This document shows positions 1 to 12,395 of a stretch of 64,000 bases of DNA, piece by piece (the stretch's first letter is position 1; the number at the start of each line of letters is the position of its first letter). A program made the position numbers and the translations under genes. The notes below the pieces were generated by a model. It did not search any database. It was not told the origin of the DNA and worked only from the letters and a program-made list of their open reading frames with translations. The stretch comes from the human T2T-CHM13v2.0 reference genome, Homo sapiens. Location: assembly GCF_009914755.1 (NCBI RefSeq), contig NC_060936.1. The stretch is one strand, 5' to 3'.

Positions 1-320
1 AAGTTTTTGCAATTATGAACAAAAGCTTCTAGAAGCATCCATGTACAGGTTTTTCTGTAGACAAAAGTTTTCATGTCTTTTGAGTAAATACTAAGGAGCA
101 CAATTACTGGATCATATGGTAAGACTATGTTTAGTTTTATAAGAAGTCATCAAGCTGTCTTTCAAAGTGGCTATACCATTTTGCATTACCATCAGCAGTG
201 AATGATGGTTCCTCTTGCTCTACATTTTTGTCAGTATTTCGTGTTGTCATCATCCCAGATTTGGGACATTCTAATAGGTGTGTAGTGTTATCTTCTGTTG
301 TTGTAATTTGCAATTTTGAA
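1..320 (-). mobile_element. Old L1 (L1MC-type) ORF2 3' fragment, runs off the window edge
   Basis: Reverse complement reads ...gcaaattacaacaacagaagataacactacacacctattagaatg...catatgatccagtaattgtgctccttagtatttac..., typical of the late ORF2 of L1MB/MC elements. Confidence 0.8.
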
Positions 321-862
321 AGATGACTGAATAAAGAAATAGTGGTATATATTTGCAATGGAATCTTACTCAGCTTTAGCAACCAAGGAGATCCTGCCAT
401 TTGTGACAACGTGGATGAACCTGGAGGACGTGCTAAGTGAAATAAGCTAGGTACAGAAAGAAAAATCTGGTAAGATTTCTTTTACATGTGGAATCTTAAA
501 AAAAAAAGAAGCTGAATACATGGAAACAGAGACTACTAGAAGGGTAGTTATGTGTCAGCAGGGCAGGAGAAAACTGTGAAGGTGGCGATGGGTAAAGGTT
601 GGGGAGATATAGGTCAAATGATATGAAGTTGCAGTTATGTAGGATGAATAAATCTTGTGATCTCAAGTACATCATGAGTACTATAGTTAATATTTTACTA
701 TACAATGGAAATTGTCCAATAACGCATACGTTAGGTGTTCTTACCACATGCAGTAAAAGATAACTGAGATTACGAATGTATTAATTGGCTTGATTGTAGT
801 AACCATTTTACTATGTATATGTAAACAACATACACCTTAAATATATAAAATTTTTAAAAATA
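321..862 (+). mobile_element. L1MA-type 3' end
   Basis: ggagatcctgccatttgtgacaacgtggatgaacctggaggac...gctaagtgaaataagc, followed by the L1MA 3'UTR and an A-rich end. Confidence 0.85.
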
Positions 863-867
863 ATGTG

Positions 868-993
868 TTAAAAAATGGGACAAAGACATTAATAGACACC
901 TCTAAACACCAAAAATGATATACAAATTGCAAATAAGCATATAAAAAGATGTTTCACATCATATGTAGTCAGATAAATACAAATGAAAACAAT
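868..993 (+). mobile_element. L1MC-type ORF2 fragment
   Basis: aaaaatgggacaaagacattaatagacacc...gcaaataagcatataaaaagatg, homologous to 31855-31959. Confidence 0.7.
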
Positions 994-1164
994 TATTTTA
1001 AAATTAAAAACAAATAGAAACTATCTTTCAACATACCATAGCCATAGATTTTCAGGCTGGTAAATCTTATAAAAAGAAAGTGTTGACATTACACTAGGAA
1101 ATTGCAGAAGATGATGCAATTCTTAGGGAACTGATCAGATCAAAAGTTAAGAGGTGTCAATCTG

Positions 1165-1490
1165 GGCTGGCATGGTGGCTCACACTTGTAATCCCAGCAT
1201 GTTGGGAGTCCGAGGTGAGTGAAGTGCTTGAGTCTGGGAGTTTGAGACCAGCCTGGGCAACATGACGAAACCCTATGTCTACTAAAAATACAAAAAAATT
1301 AGCTGAGTGTGGTGGTGTGTACCTGTAGTCCCACGTAGTCCTGGCTACTTGGGAGGCTGAGGTGGGAGGATGACTGAGTCCAGAAAGGTTGAGGCTGCAA
1401 TAAGCTGAAATTGCACCACAGTACTCCAACCTGGGCAATAGGAGTGAGATCCAGTATCAAAAAAAAAAAAAAAAAAAGAAAGAAAGAAAG
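1165..1490 (+). mobile_element. AluJ
   Basis: Dimeric Alu with AluJ-type right arm (gaggtgggaggatgactgag), poly(A)/GAAA tail and degenerate TSD aagaggtgtcaatct / aagacatgtcaattt. Confidence 0.92.
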
Positions 1491-1499
1491 ACATGTCAA

Positions 1500-1741
1500 T
1501 TTATTTGTGCTACTCTAACAGAATACCACATTTATAATTTATAAATGATACAAATTTAGTTTTCACAATTCTGGAGGCTGAGAAATCCAAGATCAGGGTA
1601 CAAGTAGTTTCAGTGTTTGCTAAGGGCTGGCTATACCCTCATGATTTCATCACCTCCTAAAAAATTCCTTCTGTTTATACTATTACATTGGCAATTACGT
1701 TTCAAAATGCTAATTTTGGGGGACACATTCAGACCACAGCA
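1500..1741 (-). mobile_element. MLT1A-type MaLR LTR, internally deleted
   Basis: cacaattctggaggctgagaaatccaagatc; ends gggggacacattcagaccacagca, the reverse complement of the MLT1 start. Confidence 0.75.
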
Positions 1742-2724
1742 AGAGGTAAAAGTTATATTACTCTTAGAGACAGTAATTTACATGCAGCCACTATTTCTGA
1801 AAAAAATGTAATAGAAACTTGAACTTCATTCTTCAAAATTATTACAACTAGTCTACGTATTGCTAAGAAAATATTGAGAAATGTAATATCAATATTATTT
1901 GGAACTATCTGGTTGTGTCTTGCTTTGTTGATTTTATTAGTTTCCTTTTCTCATTCTGAACTAGTCCATACTTGATAAAGTCACATTTTGTTTTCTGTGA
2001 AGGATAAAATTCCATATCTAGTGAATATAGCAAATGATCCAATGGTGACTAAGATTAAATGCCAAATTATTAATGTTCTTTTGATAAACATATTAAAAGG
2101 GTCACATGTTAAATACTCTGAAAATCCACACCTTCCATAGATTGTAGTTGGCCTGGTATAAATGAATCCGGTTATAATGTATAACTACAAGAAACACCAG
2201 GTTAGGAGCCTTTGAACAAGATGATTTAAAAGTAAGAACTTTTGTGAAGTGTCGTTGACCTTGCATTTTAAGGAAGAGAATTACCAACTTGTCACTTGAC
2301 TTTGCACTTGAGAAGAATAAGCTCTAAATTACCATTGTAGGAACAGTGAAAAGTAAGCCTGGATGCCAGGATTCAACATTATTCACTGTAGTGAGAGAGT
2401 CTTTTATTAATTAAACATCCACAGTGCGCTAAGTGCTGTAGAGGACAATAAAGACAGGTTCCTTGTCAGTGTGGAGAACGGAAGCTATTTCCTCTTGGGA
2501 CCTGTATTGCTGAGGTATATTCTATTCATCAAAGAAAGAAACATGCTTCATCATGCATAAAGGAGAATATAGTTTCCTCTGTCCTACTTCATGAATGTTT
2601 TCTTGCTTCTTACTTATTCTTGAAGGACAGGGACTATGCATTGACATCTTTGGAAATCACACTTTAACTATTAGTGCTTTATGATTCAATGACAGCAAAA
2701 GCCACACGAACAAAGATTAGCCAC

Positions 2725-3265
2725 TAAAGGAAATAAAAATATTTTACCCTTGAATAAATTTCTTTGACATATTTGAAATGGCTGTAACTTGGCCAGCAGA
2801 TTGAGTTGGAGAAATTCTCATCTGCAGACCAACTCATTAGTGCAACCAGGTCTTCCTTTTCTAGGCCTTTCCTGGATCAGAAGAGATTAATTGAGAGTCT
2901 AATAACTTTAAAGGTCTGAAAAGAGACATTTACTATCTATTCTCTCGGAGGACTGCTACCTATGAATCTTCATCTATATAACGAGGCCAACTTTGCTAGC
3001 CAGGCCTCCTCTTCTCTCCTTCCCATGACCCGTCTGGCCACTAAACCTGATCTACCAACATAATCTGGCTTTGGCCATGCTCTGAGCCTATATCTTTCTG
3101 TATCCTCAAGATGGTATATAAGCTTCTGTACCTTGTTAGGGAATTGGGTCTTTCTTCTGAAGGTGCTTGGATATGCACATTAAACCAGTTTGTATGTCTT
3201 TTCTCCTATTAATCAATCTGCCTTATGTTAGTGACATTTCAGCAAACATTTAGGGGCCAAACCTA
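2725..3265 (+). mobile_element. ERV1 solo LTR, MER39/MER34 group
   Basis: aaggaaataaaaatattttaccc...ctttgacatatttgaaatggctg start; ctcaagatggtatataagcttctg TATA region; ttttctcctattaatc...ttcagcaaac end. Confidence 0.7.
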
Positions 3266-4282
3266 TTGCACTATTTGAATTTATTAGACTCTGGCATTGA
3301 GCTCCACCAAAAGCATAATCTTTGCTGCCCACATTGCCTTCTATCTCTGGGAAATCCTATTCAGTGGTCAAATCCCAACTTGAAAGTAACTTCTTTTGTG
3401 AAGCCCTCTCATGTCCCTTTAAGTAAGTTGCTTTCTTATGCACGGCCAAAAAAAAAAAAAGAAGAAAAGAAAAAAAAGGATTTTTACTCTACTAAGAACA
3501 TCAGAAATAGAAAACAGAAAGAAAAAGAAAGTAATGGCGAAGTGGTGACTAGTAAATATAATGATTTTAAAAGAGAAACACAGAAAAAAGTTCTGCTTTA
3601 TAACATCAACATTTAAATGTTTGTATCTAGTGACTCCTCTGTACTCTTTAGTGTCACTACTTAAAGGGGGATTGTAAGAGTGAAGGTATGGCTTTATTTT
3701 ATTGAGTAATGGTACTCACTGTAGTGTCTGGAAGGTCATTTGTTGTCAATAATTAATACCCAAATCACTGATTCTATATAGCTGTCTCATCCTGCTGTTT
3801 TAAACATTGTGCAGAAGTAGCAACTTTATCAGTGAATAGATAGTGATTCTCTTTCAAGCGGTGATAGGAAACATACATGTGCAAATCTGGGAAATATCAC
3901 TTCTCTCCATATTTTAATTTATTTTGCTATTAAAAAATAAAAAGAAATGGGTTTAAAATAAGTTATTACCCTTGATAAACATCAGCCACCAACATCACTG
4001 CTGAAAACCTCTGCATTTTCCCCCAGAAGTTCTATTATTCCACATAAGCTATGAGAACACCCAGAGTAGAAGTCATTGAGAAGCATGGTTCATGGAGATA
4101 GCATTGAATACTAACCTGAAATTACTATTCACATGAGAAGGTGATCTTAAGAAATCACTTTCTTCTTTACCAGCAACGTCACTTTATAAACGCTGTCTAA
4201 GGTGGGATGTCATTTTCTGGACTTTAATCAGATGCAGGGAACTTCAAAATATGTGGGAGATACCTTCACATAAATATTTACT

Positions 4283-4330
4283 TGTGTGTATGTGTGTGTG
4301 TGTGTATGTATCTGTGTACATGTACATGTG
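4283..4330. repeat. (TG)n microsatellite, degenerate
   Basis: tgtgtgtatgtgtgtgtgtgtgtatgta. Confidence 0.8.
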
Positions 4331-4993
4331 TCTTTTTCCTTGGCATTTAAATGGAAATAGACAGATTCGGTAGTGTTTAAAAATCTCTGGGATTTTTTTT
4401 TAGTTCTATTGCATAATTCTTTATATACCAACTAAATCTATTTTTCTTCCCTTAGTAACAGTCTATTAAACATTCAGTGATGTAATATTAGTTGTTGTGT
4501 AGTGTATTCAAGTCCAAGGTGAGTTCATCATAAACGTTAGAAATGTATAGGTCTTTTGCTTATCTGGGATCCTAATATAATGGCTAGGTAAATAATATAA
4601 TCTTATCTTTATTCAGCAATATATCAATAAAAATTTCAAAACCCACCAAAGTAAAGCTCTAGGTTTGCTTTCCTTATATGACTCTGCTTAAGAATGAAAT
4701 ACTTAAATAGAAATGTGGGAACATATTTCATACCAGCCCACTTATAATTTCATGAAAAAATACATCATATGAAAAATTGTTATAAGTAAAAGCAGAAATT
4801 GAGGTTTATAAATGATATAAGGAGCTCATAAAATATAATTTCAATGTACCTTTTCTCTAGTGTTTTCCACCAAGAATTTTCATAGCTTCTGATGTGAAGG
4901 TAAACCAAACTGAGTTTAGTCTGCACCGCCCTGAAAATTGCTGGGTCCTAGATTTGTCTTAACACTGAGATGTTTTAATTTAGTGTGCGTAAG

Positions 4994-5716
4994 TGTAATT
5001 GCCCAGTGGGTTCTTCCTGCCCAGGGTTCAGACAAAACCAATACACTGGTATTGTGGTATTGCAGTAAAGAAACAGTTTAATTAACATGAGCATGGCCAT
5101 GTGGAAGACAAAGTTATTTTTCAAATCAGTCTCCCCTGAAATTTGGAGGCTAGATTTTGTTTGTTTGTTTTAGGATAGTTTGGTGGGAAGGTGGCTAGGA
5201 ATGAGAAATGTTCATTGGTTGGGTTGAGGATGAAATCACAGGAAGTCAAAACTTACACTGAGTCAGTTTCTGGGTAGAGGCCGCAAGACCAGATGAGAGG
5301 CCGCAAGACCAGTTTACTAGTCTGCATGGTGCCAGCTGGTCCATCAGAATGCAGTGTCTGGAAAAAACACCTTGAACATCAGTCTTAGGTTTTATGATAG
5401 TAACGTTATCTATAAAAGCAACTGAACAGGTTAGGAATCTTGTGGCCCATGGCTGCATGACTCCTGAGCCATAATTTCTAACCTTGTAGCTAATTTGTTA
5501 GTTTTACAAAAGAGGTCTGATCTCCAAGCAAGAAGGGTGTTTGTTTCAGGGAGTGGATGGTACCATCTGTTTCAAAGTTAAACAATTAACTAAATTCCTC
5601 CTTAGTTAGACGGCCTATGCCCACGAACAAGCAAGCGCACCTTGGAGGTTAGAAGCAAGATAGTATTGAATAGGTCAGATTTCTTTCACTGTCATAACTT
5701 TTGGAAAGGTGTTTCA
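4994..5716 (-). mobile_element. LTR8-family (LTR8A/B-like) ERV1 solo LTR
   Basis: TG...CA termini; right end cttggaggttagaagcaagat...ggaaaggtgtttca is the reverse complement of the LTR8 start; 4-bp TSD taag/tagg; internal ~20-bp duplication gaggccgcaagaccag. Confidence 0.88.
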
Positions 5717-6380
5717 TAGGTACTAATGTGTCTGGGAACAGTCCATTCTCCTGCTATACAAATTAGCTTATAAAATGAGCTTTGACCAGATTATTCCCAC
5801 ACCAGCAGCAGCAATACACCTGGTTTTAACTATGACGTTTTCCCTCAATTCTCTCTACTGTGTATCCCCACGCCAAAATGGGTTTCCATAGATGGTGATT
5901 CCTTCCTAAACTTAGACTACATTCATCTTAGGATAATGTGTAAAGTTGCTTTCCACACCCCTTAGAGCACAGCCTATAGTGGGGAGGTCCTAGACATTTT
6001 TCTGGTTTATACCACCCATGATCTAACCATCTGCAAATCTCAATTGAGTTAAGACTATGGAATTGCATTATGAATATTTGACTAAAGAAGTAAAGCTCCT
6101 TTCATTTAACAATTTCAATTTCTCAATTTCAAATCAATTTAAACATATATATACATTTGTGTATTTCATTTAGTTTTACTATTTTTTCATTTTATGTAGA
6201 TATTACTAATGTAATTTTATGTATAAATTCATATATATTTGATTTGGACAGAAAAAAGTATGGTTCCTGTATTGTTTCCTCAAAAGTTGATAATTCATAT
6301 GTAAGAGCATGAATGCTTATTTAGCATTGGAACTAATCTTTCTGGCTTGTTTGATCAATTAATTTTCTTTTCTAAAAACA

Positions 6381-6522
6381 TTTTTATTATTTTATTTTAT
6401 TTTATACAGATGGGGTCTTGTTACATTGGCCAGGCTTGTCTTGAATTCCTGGCCTCAAGCAATCCTCCCATCTTGGCCTCCCAAAATGCTGGGATTATAG
6501 GTGTGAGCTACCATGCCAGCCC
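6381..6522 (-). mobile_element. Alu left monomer (FLAM-like)
   Basis: T-rich tail then cagatggggtcttgttacattggccaggc...gagctaccatgccagcc; single arm only. Confidence 0.85.
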
Positions 6523-7111
6523 AGTTAACTCTATTTAACCACTCACTGGTAACTGTTTTAAGAAACTCAGCAAGTTGTGTGTTGTTTGGGTACACCTAGA
6601 AGGGATCCTTTTTAAAGTAGTAGCAGTGATATTTATAATTACTGGATCTTTGACAAGCAAGTGTTATTGATGGAGTTAAATCCAACCTCACCCTCCTCAA
6701 TGCCTATTTGAAGAAGGAACTTTAATACCACAAGCAGATTTCAGCCACACACTACAAAATGTGATGGCTATCTTTTAAATTCCATTTTCATTATCTTCTT
6801 AAATCTACTGATCTGATAAAAATGAATTTAATACCTAGGAAAATATCTAGAAGCACTGGTGAAGCATTCTCTAAATTATAGAAGAATAGATCCAGAAAGA
6901 AGATATTCCAGACCAGAACAATATTTAGTAGAGGAAGAAGTCTTGACTTTTCAGTAGAGCTTAACATGAACTATTTCAATAACCATACTTATGCATATAA
7001 TATATTTTGAATTGTTTGCATTTTTCCATTTGCAATTATTTCCTGTTTCATAATAGAATAAATAAAAGCATTAAAGATTTTTCATTATTTAAGAAGAAAT
7101 TAAAAAGGTTG

Positions 7112-7525
7112 GATATATGTGTATAATATGTATATATGAAATACATGTATATATGAATATACATAGTATAATGAAAATATGTATGTATTATGTATGTATT
7201 AAAACTAGAGAAAGAATATGCATGCCCTAATGCCCAATTTTATTAAGAGTTTGGGGAGTAAAAGAAAGATCAAGAGTAATGCATTTTTGTATTATTATTT
7301 AGAGGTTACAGCCATATTATAAGTGAAATAATTGGAAGGAAATAAATTGGTTAACACAGTAGCATAACACCCTAAATCTATTATAACATATATATGTCAT
7401 ACATATATAGTACATATATATTATACATATGTATACACATATAATGCATACATATTATACATAGTGATATTAACACATATACATATACATATGTATACAT
7501 ATATTTTATATATATTATATGTATA
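7112..7525. repeat. Two degenerate (TA)/(TATG) tracts (about 7112-7200 and 7381-7525)
   Basis: Alternating purine/pyrimidine AT-rich low-complexity sequence. Confidence 0.75.
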
Positions 7526-7789
7526 GTGGGGTTAGAAGTGCCACCAAGTCTTACCAAATAAATCCAATGTCTTTGACTTTTGACCTTATTAGCACTGTAA
7601 AAATATACCATTTATCTTTTTACAATGAAACATTTTTAAAATTTTCTCTTAGTAATATTGCCTATTTAAGCAACTTTTTAAGATTTTATCTTAAATATGT
7701 CATAAAACCATTGGAGTGATTGGATACAACAGAGGCATGATGTTATGTTAAAATGATGATGTTACGATGATGTGGAGAGAGGCCTGTAG

Positions 7790-8010
7790 AGATGCAGAAT
7801 ATAGAATAGAGATCAGTTGGAAGGCTATTACAGTGAGATATTATGGAAGTTTGAGCAGGGAAAACAGTTGTGAAATTGGTGAAAAGTGGATAAATCGAGA
7901 TATATTTTTAAGATGGAACTGATGGATTATATGTGGGGTGTAAAAAGGAAAAAAGAAGTCTATCAAGATTCTGTGATGTTTGGTCCACATATATAAGATG
8001 GGGAAAATTA
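7790..8010 (-). mobile_element. L2 fragment
   Basis: gatcagttggaaggctattacagtg...gaaaagtggataaatcgagatatattttta...gatggattatatgtggggtgt. Confidence 0.7.
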
Positions 8011-8029
8011 TGGGGGAGTATCATCACCT

Positions 8030-8300
8030 ATCTAACCAGTCATTGGAAATGTTCCAGACTCCTAGCTCTTTCTCACACCAAGAAACTGACAACAAAGTTT
8101 TATTATTTTTATCTCTTGAATATTCTGACAAATCCAACAGACTTCTTCACCCTCATTACTGCAACCACATTCAGGCTTCCTCATTCCTCATTTGAATGAC
8201 CTACCAAGCACTCTTACAAATGATCTGTAGTTCATTTTCAAATGGACTACATGTTCCAAATCCACTCTCCACAAAAAGGAACCATTACATTCTGCTTGTA
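8030..8300 (+). mobile_element. L2 fragment
   Basis: ctctttctcacacc...atctcttgaatattctgacaaatccaacagacttcttcaccctcattactgcaaccac. Confidence 0.6.
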
Positions 8301-10805
8301 GGGTGTGTGGAAAAATGATAACAGATTGGACAATCTTTATTTGGCAAATTTTTGAGCTGCAGTTTTTATGTATGACATTATAAATAAGTGAAAGACAATA
8401 AAAATAGTTGACTGATCAGACACATCTTCTCTGTCTTACTGTGACTGTCTATCCAAGTCCCACCCTGTTGAGCTCAATTAAGCCTTCTGCTCCCTGGAAA
8501 CATTAGGAGTTTCAAGTTTAGGATGTTGATTATATTGCTAATAAGAAAGGTATCCGGATTTGTAATTTATTGCAAACATATTAGAGATATAATAATGCCT
8601 GTATCCTAAATTTTTGAAGATTTTTAGGATTAATCTATTGATACATCACATTATCACATTTTTTGATATTTAACTGTCCTAAATAAAATATTAACAAAGT
8701 TAAACAAACACAAGTACACCATAATTAAATCCAGTTTAGCTCCAAAGTTTGAGATTTCTGGTTTATAGAGTGACTCCCCAAAATGTGTTCATTACTTTAA
8801 CACTGTATTTTAAGATAGAAGTGTGTAGGGTCAATTTGAATAAACTACACAAAGCAATTACAAATGAAAATACTTAAAAATTTGGCATGGGCATATACAA
8901 AAATAACTACTTCTGTGAGCTTGAAAGTCCAAGAATTTAGTGAATGAACTAATGGATTTAACAGTTTGTAAAGGATTTGAAATATTTGAAATTAGAATAT
9001 AACAAAATATAGAAGGAATTTTCAATAGCCCTTATCTTTTTATTCTCTGACAGAATAAGCTGACAGCTTCATAAGTATTACATCTCTAATGTAAATTATT
9101 ACTTACCTATGGTGTATTCTAAAATAATCATGCTCAATTTCTTTTATTAGTCATTTGAATAAATGTGTTTTCACTGTAGTATTTTCAAATTAGTAAAGAC
9201 CTTGCTTTGTGTTCTTAGGTATGTAACAAATTGACGGAGAAAAATGTTAACTTAATGTTTTTCATTGATGGATTGCGTGTGGTTTAAAATTATTATAACA
9301 TTCAAAAATTTGTCGATAACATAAACTAAGCCTATGTTTATAATGATTGGTAAATAAATGATAATTACACACATAAAATTTTAAAGTGTTGCTTAATTTA
9401 ATTGAAGGTAATTTTATTATCAATTATAGTAAGTGATTGAAGCAGATATAAATGAATTAGATGTGATCTGTGATCTACTGAATCATAGCAAATCTATACT
9501 TTAATATTTAAAAATAATCTTTTTAAGGACAGCACCCTTTTTATGCTGTCATTTAATAAAATTGCTATTTTACTCTTAAATATATTTAAGAAAAATTATT
9601 ATATTAAACTGAGAGAACTGTTTAATATTTCAAAAAGTAAAAAATAAATTTAAGTGTTTATTCTATTAAAAAAGACTAAAGATTTTTTTTTTAATAATCA
9701 GTTTTTGACTTATTCACTGTTCACAAATTATGCGAACAACAACAGCAGAGAAAAGCCAAAACAACTACAAAACCACAAAGGCACTGCATGACTAGCAAAG
9801 TGAAATAAATGTAGGGACTCACATTTTGAGTCTATTCTTTGCAATGTATCCAGGGATGATTAAGATTGCTTCTATTGATAAGCATAGAACTCTTAGTGCC
9901 ACTTCACCAAACCCATTCCAGGCAAGGAAGATACAGAAATGGTAAGTAGCAGAGGTTTGATGAGAATTTTTAAGTTTCATAGGTAAAGCACCTGGTGATA
10001 TAAGACAGTTGCAATTAATGTACACCCAAACAGATTTGGGAGAGGTTATAATATGTAAATACTCTTACTCCTCTCTTTTTCTGCTACGTTCCCCTTTTTA
10101 AAATTTATATTTGCTCTCCAGTCCTTCAATGTTGGAATCTCCACTGTGCCTTCTTCAACTTGAAACATTTTAGTTAGCTGTGCTCACATTTAGATTCAAT
10201 CCCATGTATGTATTTATCCATTCTGGATTGACTTGCATTTGCCAGCCAGTTCCACATTGATAAACCTGTCATCTGTGCTTATCAAATCTGTGTGTGACCT
10301 AGTTGGAGCATTCCTTTTCTGCTTCTAGACATTCTTTTAGGTCATGCATTCCCTATCTACATATCCAACCTGGCTCTTTGGCTGGGACTCTGATTGGCAT
10401 AATTGTCAATTTCTAGAATAAGTAGGAATAAATTTATTTACAGCAGCTACATACAAAGTATGCTTCTTATATGGTCTTTCCAGTCTAAGCAAAAATTATT
10501 TTCTATCATTTGAAAGTCCAACCTAATACTAATAAACTATGAAGATGGTTTCTTAACTTGGAGTTAAATAAAAAGTAATCAGTGCACATTGTTACATTGG
10601 GAGAAAAGATATTTCTGATGTGATGAATAAATTTTTGGAGATAAATTAGCAGCATTACAAATTTTGCCATTGCTGTCAGTCACCTTGAGACAAGTAAAAG
10701 AAAAAAGATAATCTCATAATTAATAATATGTTAGCCACTTTTGTGTCTGACAATCTAGCAGACTATATTTCCTAGAATATCTTTTTAAAAAACAATTAAA
10801 AATAG

Positions 10806-11527
10806 TATAACCATGCAATGGGTTCATTTTGCCCATTTTCCAGATAGAGCTGATTTATCAAGACAGAGGAATTGCAGAAGAGTTTAGTTCATGCAGAGCT
10901 GAGTGAACCCAAGACCAGAGTTTTATTAGTACTCAAATCAGTCTTCCCAGAAATTCAGACTGGGTTCTTTAAAGATTAATTTAGTAGGTAGGGAGCCAGG
11001 CACTGGGGAGGGCTGATTGGTCAGATCCAAGATGTAATCATAGAAAGTCAAAGCTGTCCTCTTGTGCTGAATTAGTTACTGGGCGGGGGTCACAAGACCA
11101 AATGAGCCAGTTTATCAATCTGGGTGGCACTGGTTGATACATCAAGAGCAAAGTCTAAAAAATATCTTAAGCACCAATCTTAAGTTTTACACTAGTGATG
11201 TTATCCCTAGGAGCAACTAACAGGTTTAGAATCTTGTGACCTCTAGCTGCAGGTCTTCTAAACTATAATTTCTAATGTTGTGGCTACTTTGTTAGTCCTA
11301 CAAAGGCAGTCTAGTCCCCAGGACAGAAGGGAGGGTGTTTCTGGAAAGGGCTGCTCTTATCTTTGTTTCAGAGTTAAACTATACTTTCCTCCCAAAGTTA
11401 GTTCAGCCTGTACCCAGTAGTGAACAAGAACAGCTTGGAGGTTAGAAGCAAGTTGAAGCTGGTTAGGTCTCATCTATTTTACTGTCATAATTCTCCCACT
11501 GTTTTAATTTTTGCAAAGGCAGTTTCA
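10806..11527 (-). mobile_element. LTR8 ERV1 solo LTR
   Basis: actcaaatcagtcttccc...cagcttggaggttagaagcaag...ttttgcaaaggcagtttca (reverse complement of tgaaactgcctttgcaaa). Confidence 0.9.
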
Positions 11528-11689
11528 AACACTGAAACCTCTAATTTGCGTAGAACTAACTTTCAAATGCATAAGTAGGCTTAGGAAGAAATATAAAAAA
11601 AATTACAGTAATTTAAAGATTGCTATGGTAATTCCACACTAATTCTAAGATTCTAGAGTGATAAAAATAAACTGGAAATGTAAATATGC

Positions 11690-12390
11690 CTTCCAGTGAG
11701 CATTAATCAACTTCTTTAATCAAGAGATTTGGGATAGAAGACACATTTTAGGTTCTTGCAAACTATGAATATAAGATTCCTGCAAAAACCTGAGACCTTT
11801 AAATGTTTACAAACTCAGTTAAAGGTCTAGAAAAAACATTCCCTCCATTAATGGCAGATGGTAGGGGCAGCCTCTGTCTACTTATAAGGATAAAAATAAA
11901 AAACTATCTCCTGATATTTTTTAATGGCAGACCTCCTTTTAGCATAGCTGGTAATTTTTAAATTTATACTAACTACCTGACCCAAGAAACCCCAAATTAA
12001 GAAGCTAATTTAGATTGGCTTTTGTTGTTAATTCACCAGGGTGCCTGGTAAAAGCAAAAGCAAACGTTCTTTGGAGGAACAAATGATGGACGCAACACTC
12101 ACAAATTTCCAAAGAGGAAGCCCGTGCAAATATAGGATCATGAAAGAGGGAGAGAGAAAAATTTTAGACGTCTCTTCCATATGCCACTTACGTAGAATTT
12201 TGGCATGTCAAAAATAATGAAATATACTATTACTTTGTATAGAATGTAAAACAAATAGGTAAAATATTTTAATAAATAAAAAGAGCATAAAATCATGAGA
12301 AGGAAGATGCTATTCACAAAAATACAGAATAGATAGGAAAAATAACCAACTAGGACTGAAACAATAGGATAGTTGGAATTAAAACTCAGT
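11690..12390 (+). mobile_element. Very old L1 (L1ME-like) 5' region/ORF1 remnant
   Basis: gtgcctggtaaaagcaaaagcaaacgttctttggagg motif, also seen near 50980; A-rich ORF1-like sequence follows. Confidence 0.45.
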
Positions 12391-12395
12391 TTATA

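Noticed and set aside
1-862. Twin-priming inverted L1
   Set aside because: The geometry fits, but the inverted part looks L1MC-type and the sense part L1MA-type, so they are probably separate elements
9819-10025. 68-aa minus-strand ORF ending at a GTGAGT donor-like site in unique DNA
   Set aside because: No recognisable homology, no clear acceptor or partner exons; a non-coding exon cannot be excluded without transcript data
4994-11527. Two same-strand LTR8 elements 5 kb apart as a single provirus
   Set aside because: The LTRs differ substantially, the first has its own TSD, and the interval holds FLAM, L2 and unique AT-rich DNA, not ERV internal sequence
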